From positions 225,866,001-225,930,000 of the forward strand of contig OZ024743.1 in the NCBI GenBank assembly GCA_964016885.1: a stretch of DNA of 64,000 nucleotides. The letters run 5' to 3'. A model generated the notes under the pieces. It saw nothing but the letters and a program-made list of their open reading frames with translations, had not been told where the DNA came from and ran no database searches. This document shows positions 43,231-56,709 of the stretch, piece by piece. Made by a program: the position numbers and the translations under genes. This DNA is from Eledone cirrhosa (Eukaryota). Every line of letters begins with the position of its first letter. Positions within the stretch are counted from its first letter, which is position 1.

Positions 43231-44448
43231 AAGGAGCGTATTGAAGTCACATCTGAACAGCAGAAATGCCATAAGCGCAGTAAATTCCCGAGCTGTGTCT
43301 ATTATTAGGTACAGTGCGGGAATTCTGAGATGGAATGTTGCTGAATAAAAAGAAATGGATAGGAAGACTAGGAAGCTATTGACTATCTACAACATGTTCC
43401 ACAAGAGGAGTGATGTCGATAGACTCTACCTAAGGAGATCTGAGGGTGGAAGAGGTCTCATCAGCATAGAGGACTGTGTTCAGATGGAGAAAAACAACCT
43501 ATACAAATACGTGACTGATAGTAAGGAGCCAATGCTCAGAACTGTACTGAAGGAGAGGACAATAGGCCAGGGGATGTCCAAGGAGGAAATAACATCAAGG
43601 AGAAAGAGCAGCCTTCAGGGAAAATCCATTCATAGTACCTTCTTTGAGAAAACTGAATTTAGAGATCCACAGACATGGAACTGGTTGAGAAGAGGAGACC
43701 TCAAAAAGGCTACAGAAGGAATGTTAATGGCTGCGCAGGAGCAGGCCCTCAAAACGAAATGGTTGAAGCACCATATTTACAAGGAGGAGGCTAGCCCACT
43801 GTGCAGGATCTGTGGAGAGAGAGAGGAGACTGTGGCTCACATTGTATCCGAGTGTAAACACCTAGCCCAGACCCACTATAAGGGCTGGAAACATGATGTG
43901 ATGGGCAGGGTGATCCACTGGCACCTGTGCAAAGTAAACAATTTACCACATTCTGAGAAATGGTATGAGCATAGGCCAGAGGCGGTGATGGAGAACGATC
44001 AGGTGAAGGTGCTGTGGGATTTTAGGATACAGACGGACAAGAAACTGGAACACAATAGACCTGACCTGGTGGTTGTGGATAAAGAAAACAGATCGTGTCT
44101 GATTGTGGATGTGGCCTGCCCATTCGACACGAGAGTGCAAGAGAAGGAGAGGGAGAAAATTAACCGATACCAGGACTTAAAGTGGGAGGTAAAAAGGATT
44201 TGGAAATGCCATGAAGTCAAAGTGATCCCGATTGTCATAGGCGCACTGGGGACTATCTCCAAAAGTTTCCAGGGATGGTTAAAGAAAATCGGCCCCTTCA
44301 CGCTTTTTGGAACGCTTCAAAAGGCATGCTTGCTGGGAACAGCAAGAACCCTCCGATACGTCCTGAATATCTGAGGCTGCAGGTAGTGGCTTGATATTCA
44401 TTCCAACGGACTTTCCAGTTGACCAACATCAATGACTGAGATTCAAGG
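43231..44448 (+). mobile_element. 5'-truncated Dong-like (R4 clade) LINE flanked by (TAA)n on both sides; ORF 43355-44374 covers the RT thumb, CCHC and RLE
   Basis: DVDRLYLRRSEGGRGL, AAQEQAL, CRIC..ETVAHIVSEC, KHD and RPDLVVVD..VDVACP..EKINRY. (AAT)n at 43182-43229 and 44449-44480. Confidence 0.92.
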
Positions 44449-44480
44449 AATAATAATAATAATAATAATTATAATAATAA

Positions 44481-44853
44481 TGTTTCTACATTTGGCACAA
44501 GGCCAGGTGCTTAGTTTATCGACTCCGTAATGATGAAAGAAAGAGCTAACCTCGGTGGGATTTGAACGCAGAACGTAAAGGGCCATAACTCTATGCTGCA
44601 AAGCATTGTGTCTAACTCTAATAGTCATGGTTTCTGATTTTAAATAATTGTTTCTACTATAGGCACAAGGCTAGCATTTTTGGGGGGAGGGGAAAGTCGA
44701 TTAAATCGACCCCAGTACATTACTGGTGCTTTATTTTATCGACCCCCGTAAGGATAAAAAGCAAAGTTAAAATGAGCGGGATTTGAACTCAGAACGTAAA
44801 GGGCCGTAACTCTATGCTGCGAAGCATGTTGTACGACGCTCTACCGATTCTGC
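44481..44853 (-). mobile_element. Two further SINE copies (44481-44620 and 44649-44853)
   Basis: Same family motifs (ggcacaagg, ttatcgac, gggatttgaac). Confidence 0.82.
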
Positions 44854-44967
44854 TAATAATGATTTCTTACACTATACTCACATGTATTGTGTGCTCACTC
44901 AGTTAATGTTTGAATGTTTTAAATACTATAGCATTTTGAACACACTTTCTAATAAAGATATATATAT

Positions 44968-45015
<48 letters not shown>

Positions 45016-45103
45016 GTGTGTATATATATTGTCTCTACGCATATAAATATAAATATATATATATGTATGTGTGCTTTCATTGGCATTTATATATACATAT
45101 CGC

Positions 45104-45178
<75 letters not shown>

Positions 45179-45742
45179 GAAACGCGAAAAAAAAAATGTA
45201 ATACATGCAGCAGAGTTTATTCATTAATTCATTCATTCGAACCGTTCTTTCGTCTTGAAGAACGTGCAAGATAAGGAAATTGGAATAGCAGAAAAGTGAC
45301 GCTTCAATTAAACGCCAACACCACGTCATCCCTCCACAAGAAACACATATACACGTGTGTATGTGTATGTGTGTGTGTATGTGTGTGTGTGTCTATCAGT
45401 GGTGGCGGTTGTCGTCAGTAGACAGTTGCACGTTGAAGAACGAAGACCAGTGTGTATTGAAAATAGAAAAATACAACTCACGAACATCAATATCATAACA
45501 CCTGTTATATCTGATGACAAGTTCGCTCTAATCCTCCAGTGAATAATGCATTTCTATTCTCATAACTAAACGAAAAAAAAAAAGACAATGCATACACACA
45601 TATATATATACATACAGACACACACACAAACAAACATATATGTATGTATGTATGTATATGTGTAAACATGTATGTATATGTGTAAACATGTATGTATATA
45701 TGTATTTATGATATTTATGATAATGTATATATATACACACAC

Positions 45743-45778
<36 letters not shown>

Positions 45779-45829
45779 ATACTTTATACCAGCATATTTA
45801 GTTTTATATATCATCACTTATCTTCTCGC

Positions 45830-45990
<161 letters not shown>

Positions 45991-46397
45991 TTGTCCATAT
46001 CTATCTATCTATATATGTTCATATACATATGTATGTATAAGCGTTTCTGTTTACATATTTCACATTCATAGGCATATATGTACGTAATTAGACATATTCA
46101 CATACACAAATGTAAACAAATACACATATATACGCACATACAGACATAGACAAGAGACAGACATAAATATTAAAAAAATAAACATATATTCTACTCAAGA
46201 GAGAGTTTATTTAGTGCAACTAATTATATTTATTGTTTCAATCAAATTAATTTTAAATGTATTGATTTCCCCCTTATCCCCCCCCCCTTTAATTCATTGC
46301 ATGCATGTGTTTGTGTGTGTGTTTTTTGATATGTGTGTGCTTATCTTTATAACTGTTACATATGTATCTATACACACACATACACATATATATATAA

Positions 46398-46429
<32 letters not shown>

Positions 46430-46431
<2 letters not shown>

Positions 46432-46610
46432 TCCTAACGATCGACTTTCGTCAAATAGGACCGAGGAAACAGTGTTTCCATTGGTCTTTCCAATTGCTAA
46501 TACTATCTATCGGTCGCAACTCCAGGTAGAAGGAGCATCGCCCGGTCCGGGAATCGAACTCACAACCTCACGATTGCGAATCTAGTTCTCTAACCACCCA
46601 GCCACACGCC
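46430..46610 (-). mobile_element. tRNA-derived SINE of a different family, within (TA)n
   Basis: Minus strand GGCGTGTGGCTGGGTGGTTAG (A box)...GAGTTCGATTCCCGG (B box). Confidence 0.75.
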
Positions 46611-46759
46611 ATATATATATATATAAATTTTGAGTATATGTTGGTTGTTTACCGATACCTCAGTATGCAGATTGGAGCACTCGGCGAAGTGCGCAGGTTG
46701 GTTTGGTTACTCAGGAGTAATGTAAAATAAAATAATTAAGTCAATTATTTAAAAACATA

Positions 46760-47875
46760 TAATATAAAATACTTTTTCTCTACATACTTTCTAAGTAAAT
46801 CATTCATCAAATTTAATGGTTAGTAAATAATATTGGAGTTATCTTTTCCTTTACAACTGAGCAAATATAGACATGATAACTTGTATGATAAATTATATAA
46901 TTTCGCTAAATTAACAATGTTCTGAAAACATTTTCAATGTTGGAACAAAATATTTGAATCTACAAATTGTTCTTCTCTTACAACTTGAACTACGTCTTTT
47001 TCTTAAATATTTATGTAAAATGTAAAATCAATATCCTTCGTAACTCATATTAGAAATATAAACAATTAATACGTGTGGTTTATTTCTATAAAATCACCAA
47101 TAATACTTATACTTGCACAATTTTTAATCTATATAGATATTTATATACTTACAACCTGCTGTAATGTAATAAGATAAAATGTACTTACAACCATAATTCT
47201 TCATATAATCTAATTGATTATATATACAATATCATAACTCATAATATAGCTAAATAATTTTTTTAAATTCTGGAATCATATTCCACCATTCCTACAAACT
47301 GTTAATTCTTTTTAAGTTTACGTAAATACAAGCTTTTCTTTCTTTCTCTTTCTTCTTCCTACACATACATATAATATATCCTAATAATTATTTAAATCTA
47401 CCTAGCGTCTAAAAATAACGTTTATTTTCAGCCCTATACCTCACCCTCATTTGCATACTCATCTTAATAATTTGAAATATTTGACTTTTCTTCTCTTTCC
47501 CTTCTTTCCCTTTACTATCCAGGAAACTAAAAACATTTTTTCCAATCCCACCCCGCCCGTCCCTTTAATCTATCTTATATTTCTCATTCTTTCTTCTGAT
47601 GAATGACTAGCGTACGAAAGGTTAAGACCCTCTACTTGCTATTTCAAGCGTTAACCTAATATATTCCTTCCATATACTGTACCGATTGTGTTGTTATTTC
47701 TGTTTACCTTTTACATATATATATTGGAATTGAATAATCAAAACCGTAGCGGTATGTCGCATATCCAATCTTATGTATTTTATCTGATGAAAACCTACTT
47801 AAACACCATTGTACCTTTGCAATATGTATAATAAAATATATATTTTGATTATGAGAATATTTTTCATTTATTAAT
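46760..47875 (+). mobile_element. Highly decayed AT-rich retroelement remnant(s), including a degenerate hammerhead-like motif at 47596-47627
   Basis: KFWNHIPPFL resembles the L2/CR1 'WNxLP' terminus. The 3' end is shared with 36580-36829. CTGATGA..GAAAGGTT. Confidence 0.35.
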
Positions 47876-47890
47876 AATTAGAATAATATT

Positions 47891-47958
<68 letters not shown>

Positions 47959-48131
47959 TGGATGTATATATAATGTATTTTGCAATACACTTTATGCTTA
48001 ATTAAAAGCATTTTGAAGACCGTAAGCTATTGTTTTAATTTCTGCCTGACCAACAACCGCTCTGCATAATCAGCTCCTGATTATTTACTAGATTTCTATA
48101 AGAATATAACATCAGTGATCTCGGTAGACAG

Positions 48132-48196
48132 GTGGGGTAGTTGGCCTTGATAAGCTTCAACCAAAGCGAAACAGGGCCTTGTCGGCTTATCTCCCC
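48132..48196 (+). ncRNA. Type I hammerhead ribozyme, U3-A8 core variant (copy 1)
   Basis: ggcc-TTGATAA-GCTT caacca AAGC-GAAA-CAGGGCCTT-GTC-ggct. Stems I, II and III can all form. Predicted cleavage after 48183. Confidence 0.75.
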
Positions 48197-48448
48197 TTTT
48201 TGCTGTGATCAAAGTAAGTGAATTTGTCACTACTTTAAAACAATAGCTTACGGTCTTCAAAATGCTTTTAATTAAGCATAAAGTGTATTGCAAAATACAT
48301 TATATATACATCCATATATATATTGCTATTTCAGAGCTCCAATTCTAATTTTTAATTTCTGCCTGACCAACAACCGCTCTGCATAATCAGCTCCTGATTA
48401 TTTACTAGATTTCTATAAGAATATAACATCAATGATCTCAGTAGACAG

Positions 48449-48512
48449 GTGGGGTAGTTGGCCTTGATAAGCTTCAACCAAAGCGAAACAAGTCTTGTCG
48501 GCTTATCTCCCT
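48449..48512 (+). ncRNA. Type I hammerhead ribozyme, U3-A8 core variant (copy 2)
   Basis: ggcc-TTGATAA-GCTT caacca AAGC-GAAA-CAAGTCTT-GTC-ggct. Predicted cleavage after 48499. Confidence 0.72.
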
Positions 48513-48628
48513 GTGTGCTGAGATCAAAGTAAGTGAATTTGTCACTACTTTAAAACAATAGCTTACGGTCTTCAAAATGCTTTTAATTAAGCATAAAGTG
48601 TATTGCAAAATACATTATATATACATCC

Positions 48629-48680
<52 letters not shown>

Positions 48681-49879
48681 CGTATCTATAGCTGCTTGAA
48701 GGAGTTACATATGACGATTTTATGAGAATAGAGGTAAATATTTATTTATTCTTTATAGTATCACTCAACGTACGACACTACCCGTTTCATTATCTATAAA
48801 ATACATATGTAGAGGCCGAAAACATCAGTCGACTCTTACAGGAACCTGTATATATGTTTGAGAGTGTGTGTGGACCCATAGAATCTTATGTATTTTCAAA
48901 TACATTAATGTGTATATGTGTATATGTGCATGTTTGTGTATGTATGTGTGTGCCCCTTTATGACATTTTGTGAATTTGTAAATGCCTTTATGACATTTTG
49001 TGAATTTTGTGAAAATGTAAGATGCATGTATGCGTGTATGTGTATTTGTGGCTGGGTATCTGTATGTTTATCTGAATATCCGCGTGTCAGTGTTTTGTGT
49101 ACATATTGATATTTCTGTTTACAAAGCAGTATATATTTATTGGTGTGTATGTCTGTTTGTGTGTGTATGTAATATATTGGCCTACGGCTATACGTGTGCC
49201 TGTGTTTGTTTGTGTTTCTGTGTGCCTGTGTGTCTGTGCGTCGGTGTGTGTATGTGTGTGTGTGTGTATGTGTGTGTGTGTGAGTGTGTGTATGTTTCTG
49301 TGTGTTTATGTGTTTGTATGTGTTTGTATGTGTGTTTGCCTATGTGTCTTTGTGCCTATGGCTGTATGTGTGTGTGTCGGTATGCCTGTGTACCTGAGTA
49401 GTGAGAGAGGGAAAGAGAGATGAAGGATGAGAGAGAGAAAGAGAGAGAGGGAGGAGAAAGATAGAGAGAGGGGGAGAAAGATAGAGGTAGAGAGAGAGGG
49501 GGAGGGGAATATAGAGATAGAGAGAGAGAGAGAGGGAGGGGAGAGAAGGAGAAGGAGCAGACGTAGGAGTAAAGAGGTAAGTGATGTAGCGATACTATTA
49601 TAATCAGACAAATTCACAGTAGTCCCTATCGCTCAGTCTACTGAATCTGGGGTAGATTGGTAGATAGCATTGAGAACGCAATTCTAAAAATTAATGAGCT
49701 ATAAACACTTAGACTAACATATTATAAAGTTAAAAAAACTAAAACAAAATATAGAAAATAGTGACACAGATTTATTGAGGCTTATTCATTTTTAACATAG
49801 GTGTAATGTTACATATATTAGAGGGAGTGTAAGCAATTATATCGACCCCCTACTCTAATACTGGGTTAGAGTGAAGGAG

Positions 49880-50210
49880 AGTGTCTTAGGACTGAGTAGC
49901 GTGCTTGGTTCATGATTATAAGATTGTGAGTTCCATTTCCTGACCGGGAGTCACGTTGTGACCTTAAACAAAATAATCTATTTCACATTACTTTAGTGTT
50001 AATCAATTCAGCTGGAAGGAAAAATAATTGCAACATTGCTGGTGCTACGCTATATTGGCTATATTTTGCCTTTCCCTTCAACAACATCTGTAACATGAAC
50101 AGAGTGACTTGCATACATGGTCTGCCACAAAATATCCAGCTCAGGCTTGTGCCTTCGAGAAGAATTTTCCAGGTGGAAACCGATGGTCAGTCATGACCAA
50201 AGCGGGCATA
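49880..50210 (+). mobile_element. Degenerate tRNA/CORE-type SINE
   Basis: agattgtgagttccatttcctgaccggg..cgttgtgacctt...tatttcacatt, related to the head at 46.5 kb. Confidence 0.5.
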
Positions 50211-50444
50211 TACCTACACTAGATTAGTACTAAATTTATTGATCATTTGAATGAAGAGAACCAACGTTTACCGTAGCTTGATTTAAACTAAGAACGGAAC
50301 ATTATCTAACTAAATTCAGGAAGGAAGGTATTTTTGTCTGTCACTCTACTGATTTTGCTAATTAATGAAAGCAAAGAGATGTGGTGACTGAGATTTTAGA
50401 CAGGAGAACAGGTTAATGTAATAGAAAGTAAAGAGCCATTGTAC

Positions 50445-50925
50445 AGAGTTGTGACATGGTGATGTGACATATTTCTGTGACATGGTGTTGTGACATGGTA
50501 TTGTGATATGGTGTTGTGACTTGGTGTTATGAGAGAGGGTTTTGTAACATGGTGTTGCGACATGGTATTGTCATAGAGGGTGTTGTAACTTGGTGTTATG
50601 ACATAGGGTATTGTAACATAGTGTTGTGATATGGTGTTGTGACATGGTGTTGTGACATGGTATTGTGACAGAGGGTGTTGTAACTTGGTGTTATGACATA
50701 CGGTATTGTGCCATAGTGTTATAATATAGCGTTGCGACATTCTGTAGGAACATAATATTTTGACATGGCGTCTTGACATGAGGTAGTGGTAACGTATAGT
50801 GACATATTGGACTGACAAGCTGTCGTGGCTCGATGTAGTAACAGGGTGTAGTAAGATGGTATACTCATATAGTATAGTGACAAGGCGGAGTGACACGGTA
50901 TAGTAACGTGGTGCTGTAAGGTGGC
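50445..50925. repeat. Degenerate 13-bp repeat (GTTGTGACATGGT)
   Basis: Seen directly. Confidence 0.8.
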
Positions 50926-51941
50926 GCAGTTATATATTATAGTGATAAGGTGGAGAAACCATGTTGCACAAGATACAAACAGACTGCAAATTTATCTCTT
51001 CTTCAAGAGAATGTCTTACCATATACACAATATCAAAGACATACATACAGGCATACATACAGACGGACAGACAGACACATACACACATAGAAACAGATGG
51101 ACATACAGATACATACAGAAATTCAGATAGGACCAACAACCATAACAATATCAGCTAAAAATCTGAGATCTAGCCATCTCCTTCGTCACCGTCTTCCCAC
51201 TATAACTCCTCCTCACCTCTACCATCTCTCTCAATGATGTTACACATCTTGTCATTGTTTGTAGCAGTGATGGTTATTATTGTGGTGTTTGAAGAACAAC
51301 GAAGATGAGTGTAAATTTAAAAGAAGTCATGTTAGAAAGCAATCATATCAAGGGTGTTTCGTTTGATTTTCAGTAATCAAATAAACAAAACAACAGATAA
51401 ACACAAAGAAAACAAACTATCAAAGCCCACCACCCCAAAAGAAAAAAATCCTTTAAAAGCATACATAAAAATACAGTAGTAATAAAAGGAAGAAGAAAAA
51501 GGAAAAAAGACGATTATAAATAGAAAAACTAAAAAAAAAAAAAAAAATCGTTGTTTTATTCATTGCTTTCGGTTTCGGACGAAGAAGAAGAAAAAATAAA
51601 GCAACAGAAGAATATATAAAAAAAAAAAAAAAGGAAGGAGAGAGATATATTAAGTTAGATATAGCTGGAAAGTGATATTAAGATAAAATTGATATCATGA
51701 TGGATGCATATCTGATAAAATTTGATATCTGAGCAAGCAATATCAAAGACAGTTTTTATGTCTGTTATATTATGTTTCGGCTGGACTGTATGACATGGAC
51801 AGCAGGAGCAGCAGCGAGGTATTATCGAAGGCAATGTGCTATTTGAAGAGAGAGAGAGAGGGAGGGGGGGGGGACAGAACGAGAGCGAGAGAGAGGGGAA
51901 GACAGAACGAGAGCGAGCGAGAGAGAGAGAGAGAGAGCGAG

Positions 51942-51981
<40 letters not shown>

Positions 51982-52404
51982 GAGAGAGAGATAGAGAGAT
52001 AGATAGATAGAGATAGAGATAGAGAGAGAAAGAGAGAGGGACAGAGATAGAGAGAAGAGAGAGTCTGTAACAAGAATGAGATAGTAAACCGATATTGCTT
52101 TATATCTAAATACTCTAGAAACGCTCTTTGTAACTGCATACAGACAGACACGATCGAACTATAGTATAAAATAATGCTACAGTTGGTTTTGTATTAGTGG
52201 TAAATATGCATCTATTGCAATCACTTATTCATTTACGTACGAGGATATGTGTTATGTTTTATTATTGTATATATATATAATCATTCTATTTAGTTTTCTA
52301 TTGTATATACTGCAGGGGATTGGAAGATATATCAGAAAGCCTCAATTAAACATAATATAGGGAAATATAACCAAATATATATATACATATATATATATAT
52401 GTAT

Positions 52405-52533
52405 CCACGAGTCTGATGAGATATTGTTTCCAGGGTCCGGCTCGATCGATACGGATAGTACTTTGAGATAATCAATCGCGAAACGCGCGTCATACCTGAA
52501 TAAATTTATCGATGATACTTTGACACCTTGTCT

Positions 52534-52535
<2 letters not shown>
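52405..52535 (+). ncRNA. Hammerhead ribozyme-like motif (type I, palindromic GCGC loop III, long stem II) followed by AATAAA, within (TA)n
   Basis: CTGATGA at 52413-52419 and GAAACGCGCGTC at 52480-52491. Stems I and II are partly mismatched. Confidence 0.6.
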
Positions 52536-52593
<58 letters not shown>

Positions 52594-53834
52594 TACACAT
52601 ACATACTTTTAAAACTGTTATTCAGATACGCGTACCAGCAGAATTCCACGAAATTCGCTCTCCATATATGGTTGTTGAACAATCGTAATACACGTGCCAA
52701 TATCTTGAAATGATGAAGACCCTATTCAAATGGAACAAGTAAATGTCAGCTGGGCATAGCGGAGAGATTGCATGTGTTGAATAACCTAAAGAGCTCCTGT
52801 TACTGCCTTAACACAAAAAAAAATATTTTAAGCAGTCACATTTATGAAGACAAGTTTATCCTTGCACATTAGATAATGCTACCCACTCCTAGATAACATT
52901 CAATACTATATAGATTCGAAATTCACCATATATATGCGCAGGATAACTAGATCTGAAATGTCAGGACTAATAAAACTCCTTATTTGACCAGCAGTCAACA
53001 ATCGTCTAGCCTCTGGAAAAACAAAACGGCAGACAACAGAGGCCACGTGTTGTTCCTCTCCGACTAAAAACTTTCCCCCTCGGAAAACCTCCTGTTGATG
53101 GATGCGAAATCCGAAATATTGGGACAATTAAATCACTCCCAAGGTAACTCTATCTATTTTTACACTCTTTCCTACGTTCCTCTACACCGTATACGTCTCA
53201 TTCTACATTTCCTCTTACATCTCTCTCATTGCCCGGAGATTTACGCATCTGCATTATTGAGGCGTCCAAAACGACCAATTTTAAAGAGGAAGATGTTTCA
53301 ACAAGCAATCAAACACACGAAGTGTCCGCTAATACAAAATCCTCAACATAATAACATCTTTCATTTGAAAGAAAACTCAAATATTCTACAAATCCTCAAT
53401 TTACGGAGTTGGATACATCCACTCAACAGTCAGTTACTTATTCAAAGGTCACAACGTAACATAGATTACAACACACGGACACATATTTACCGTATGTTAT
53501 ATTCTTATAAGCCTTGCTTTTATCCACACGATTTTGTGGGAAAAAGCCTAAACATGTGATATGTAGATATTAAGTTAATCATCGATTTGTTTTGAACATT
53601 CTATCTAAAGTAACTGAGCCGCACTAAGTCACTAAACTACGACTCCTGCTACAACATTTCTAAGTTGTTATTCGTGCATTTGTTTTGAAGACAGCCATAC
53701 AGTCCCTTTCGTCTGAAGATTATCAGTTGTCTTGCTCTGCAGTTTTGGAGATTCTGCGAGATACACATACATGTGGAGATTCTGCGAGATACCCACCACA
53801 TATATGTATACATATTCATATATATATATACATA

Positions 53835-53920
<86 letters not shown>

Positions 53921-54261
53921 CACACACACACTATGAGTGTGTATGAATATTGAAAGCAACATAAACAAACGAAATACAAATCTAATGTAGTTGTTTCACG
54001 TTGCAATTAAGGAGTGCTAGAATTTACATACGTTTCGGATTGCTCTGCTTTTATCAAATAGAAAGTAAATGAGAGGACCGTAGAATGGAAGAAAGGGTCA
54101 CTTGAAACGAATACACAAGTTAGCATAAAATCTTGGGACAAAATTTCACATAATTAGTTACAAGCTACTTTTCCTATGTTCATTCCTAATCTATTTTTCG
54201 TCTCTTCCCCTTTCTATGTTCTTTTCTTTTTACTTTGGTAAAAGACGAACACCCCGAAGCG

Positions 54262-54319
<58 letters not shown>

Positions 54320-54741
54320 ATATATATGTGTGTGCGTGTGCGTGTGTGCGTGTGTGTACGCGTGTGTGTGTGTACGTGTGTGTGTACGTGTGTGTATACA
54401 TATATTTATATACTTACACTCACGTATATATTTATATATATGTACATATATATATACTTATATTTACAACACTTTATATCTCAAGTTATGAAAATGAACA
54501 AGAATATATTATCTGTATATCTATCTACTCATCTAGCTATCTACCCACCCCTCACTCTATGCAATCATCCACTCACCTATCAACTTCCATTCATTTATGT
54601 GCACTTGCTACGGTTTCATTGCGCCTCTATTTATGGTTCCATTCCACATTTCCACTATCTCATACATAAAATACAAACATATATATATACATATATATAA
54701 ATATAAATATATGTATATATATATGTGCGTGTGTGTGTCTG

Positions 54742-54852
<111 letters not shown>

Positions 54853-55550
54853 TTATATCTACCAACTGACTCCATTCTCATAATTACTTTGGCACTTTTC
54901 CTTCAGCGAAAAATAATCCACCAGTATTTTTCCATGTAGTGCTTATGGCTAAATAGATAGCATGATAAAATGGCCAAAATTGAAAAGTTTGAGATCAGGA
55001 CTTTTGCTATTTGCTCTCCAATGAAATCTATGTAGCCTACTTCAATTATCATTAAAACTACATATGGGGCTGGAGGATAAAGTAAAGAACTTCTTCGCCT
55101 CAGGTAAATTACATGAGATTTTGAAGTAATGGAGAAGGGTTGGGGTGAAGTGGGGGTTGGGTGTGTTATATGACGGTTTTCTCTTTGGATGAATGTTTTA
55201 TAATTCCCAAAATTGGCTTGGGGGAAGCTGGACTACAGAAAGAAAGGAGAAAGTGAAGCTAGGCATCTAGGCTACTCTAAGTGTCCTTCACTAGCTTTCA
55301 CATTCACTTAAACCTTTTAGCACAGTATTTATAATTCAATATAATGTATGCGCCCCTCCTTTTATACACACCCTCACACATAATCACACACATACACACG
55401 TGCGCACATATAGATATATGTGTGTTGGAGTATGTGCTTGTGTAGAGAAACATACGTATGTATATATCTGCCATTATATGGAGCTTCGTAATTATCAACA
55501 TCATTAGAGATATCATCATCACACATGGCAGTCAACATTATTGTCCCAAA

Positions 55551-55878
55551 ACCACCACCATCACCACCAACACTACCACAAGCACCAACACCACCACCAT
55601 CACCACCAACACTACCACCAGCACCAGCACCACCACCATCACCAGCACCACCACCATCACCACCAACACTACCACCAGCACCACCACCATCACCACCAAC
55701 ACTACCACCAGCACCAGCACCACCACCATCACCACCAGCACTACCACCTGCACCAGCACCACCACCATCACCACCAACATTACCACCAGCACCAGCATCA
55801 CCAGCATCACCACCAACACTACCACCACCACCACCACCATCACAACCAGCACCACCATCACAACCAGCACCACCACCA
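55551..55878. repeat. ACC/ATC/AAC/AGC trinucleotide-derived repeat
   Basis: Seen directly. Open in several frames. Confidence 0.9.
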
Positions 55879-56161
55879 TGTACTATATCTAAAATCTTAC
55901 CTTCCCGTAATCCAATTTCTTCAGAGCTAATTGGATTGCCGCCCTTATTAGAAAAATTAATAAATCTGAAAGTTAATTGAATGGAGGGGGTAGGAGGGTG
56001 TTAGCACACATAGACACACACACACACACACACACCCACACCCACACACACACACACTTAATATATTTACATATATATATATATGGATACATCTATACAT
56101 GAGTATATATATATATGTATGTATATATATATAACTATATATATAAATATATATAATTATG

Positions 56162-56232
<71 letters not shown>

Positions 56233-56709
56233 TACCATACGTTATATATATATAAGTTTGTATATATGTATGTATGCATGCGGCCTGAGTGTGAATTTGT
56301 GTGGTGCGTAACCAGATTATGTGTGTTTCCTTTATGTGTATTGGAACGTCTATGCGTGGTGACTCAGTGCTTGTGTGTGAGCGACACCTTAGTATCAATA
56401 TAGGGTAGAAGGTACAAATTTACAATGCACTGAAATTCAATAAGGATACTGCTGACATAGCATATTGAAAATACATACATATATATTCTGTTGAGAGCTT
56501 AATTCGTTTTGTGATATTTTGCAATTTTGCAATAACACGCATACTGAATTCATCCGCAAAACTAAGGGTTGCCCCCCCCCCTCCCTGTCAAGCTCCATGT
56601 GGGTTTTGATAACGGTCAGTCCTTGGCTTGGCAGTGAACTAAAAGCCTGTTGAAAAAGTGACTTCCTCGTTCGATCATCATACCAAAAGCTTAACATTAT
56701 TTGTCTAAG

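Larger units (their letters stand above)
47955..48630 (+). mobile_element. Retrozyme/Penelope-terminus-like element: inverted ~84-bp end plus two tandem ~317-bp units
   Basis: 47955-48037 is the reverse complement of ~48236-48320. ~48033-48315 is repeated at ~48350-48630. Flanked by (TA)n. Confidence 0.85.

Noticed and set aside
46540-46610. Possible tRNA gene
   Set aside because: A and B boxes are present, but there is no clean acceptor stem and the sequence continues into a SINE-like body.
52640-53720. ORF 53095-53559 as a host gene; faint resemblance to a decayed GIY-YIG/Penelope region
   Set aside because: No intact motif could be confirmed by eye; it needs tBLASTx or an HMM search.
55458-55980. 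Extensin-like Pro-rich, mucin-like Thr-rich and His-rich ORFs
   Set aside because: These are three frames of one ACC-derived repeat, with no splice or signal evidence.
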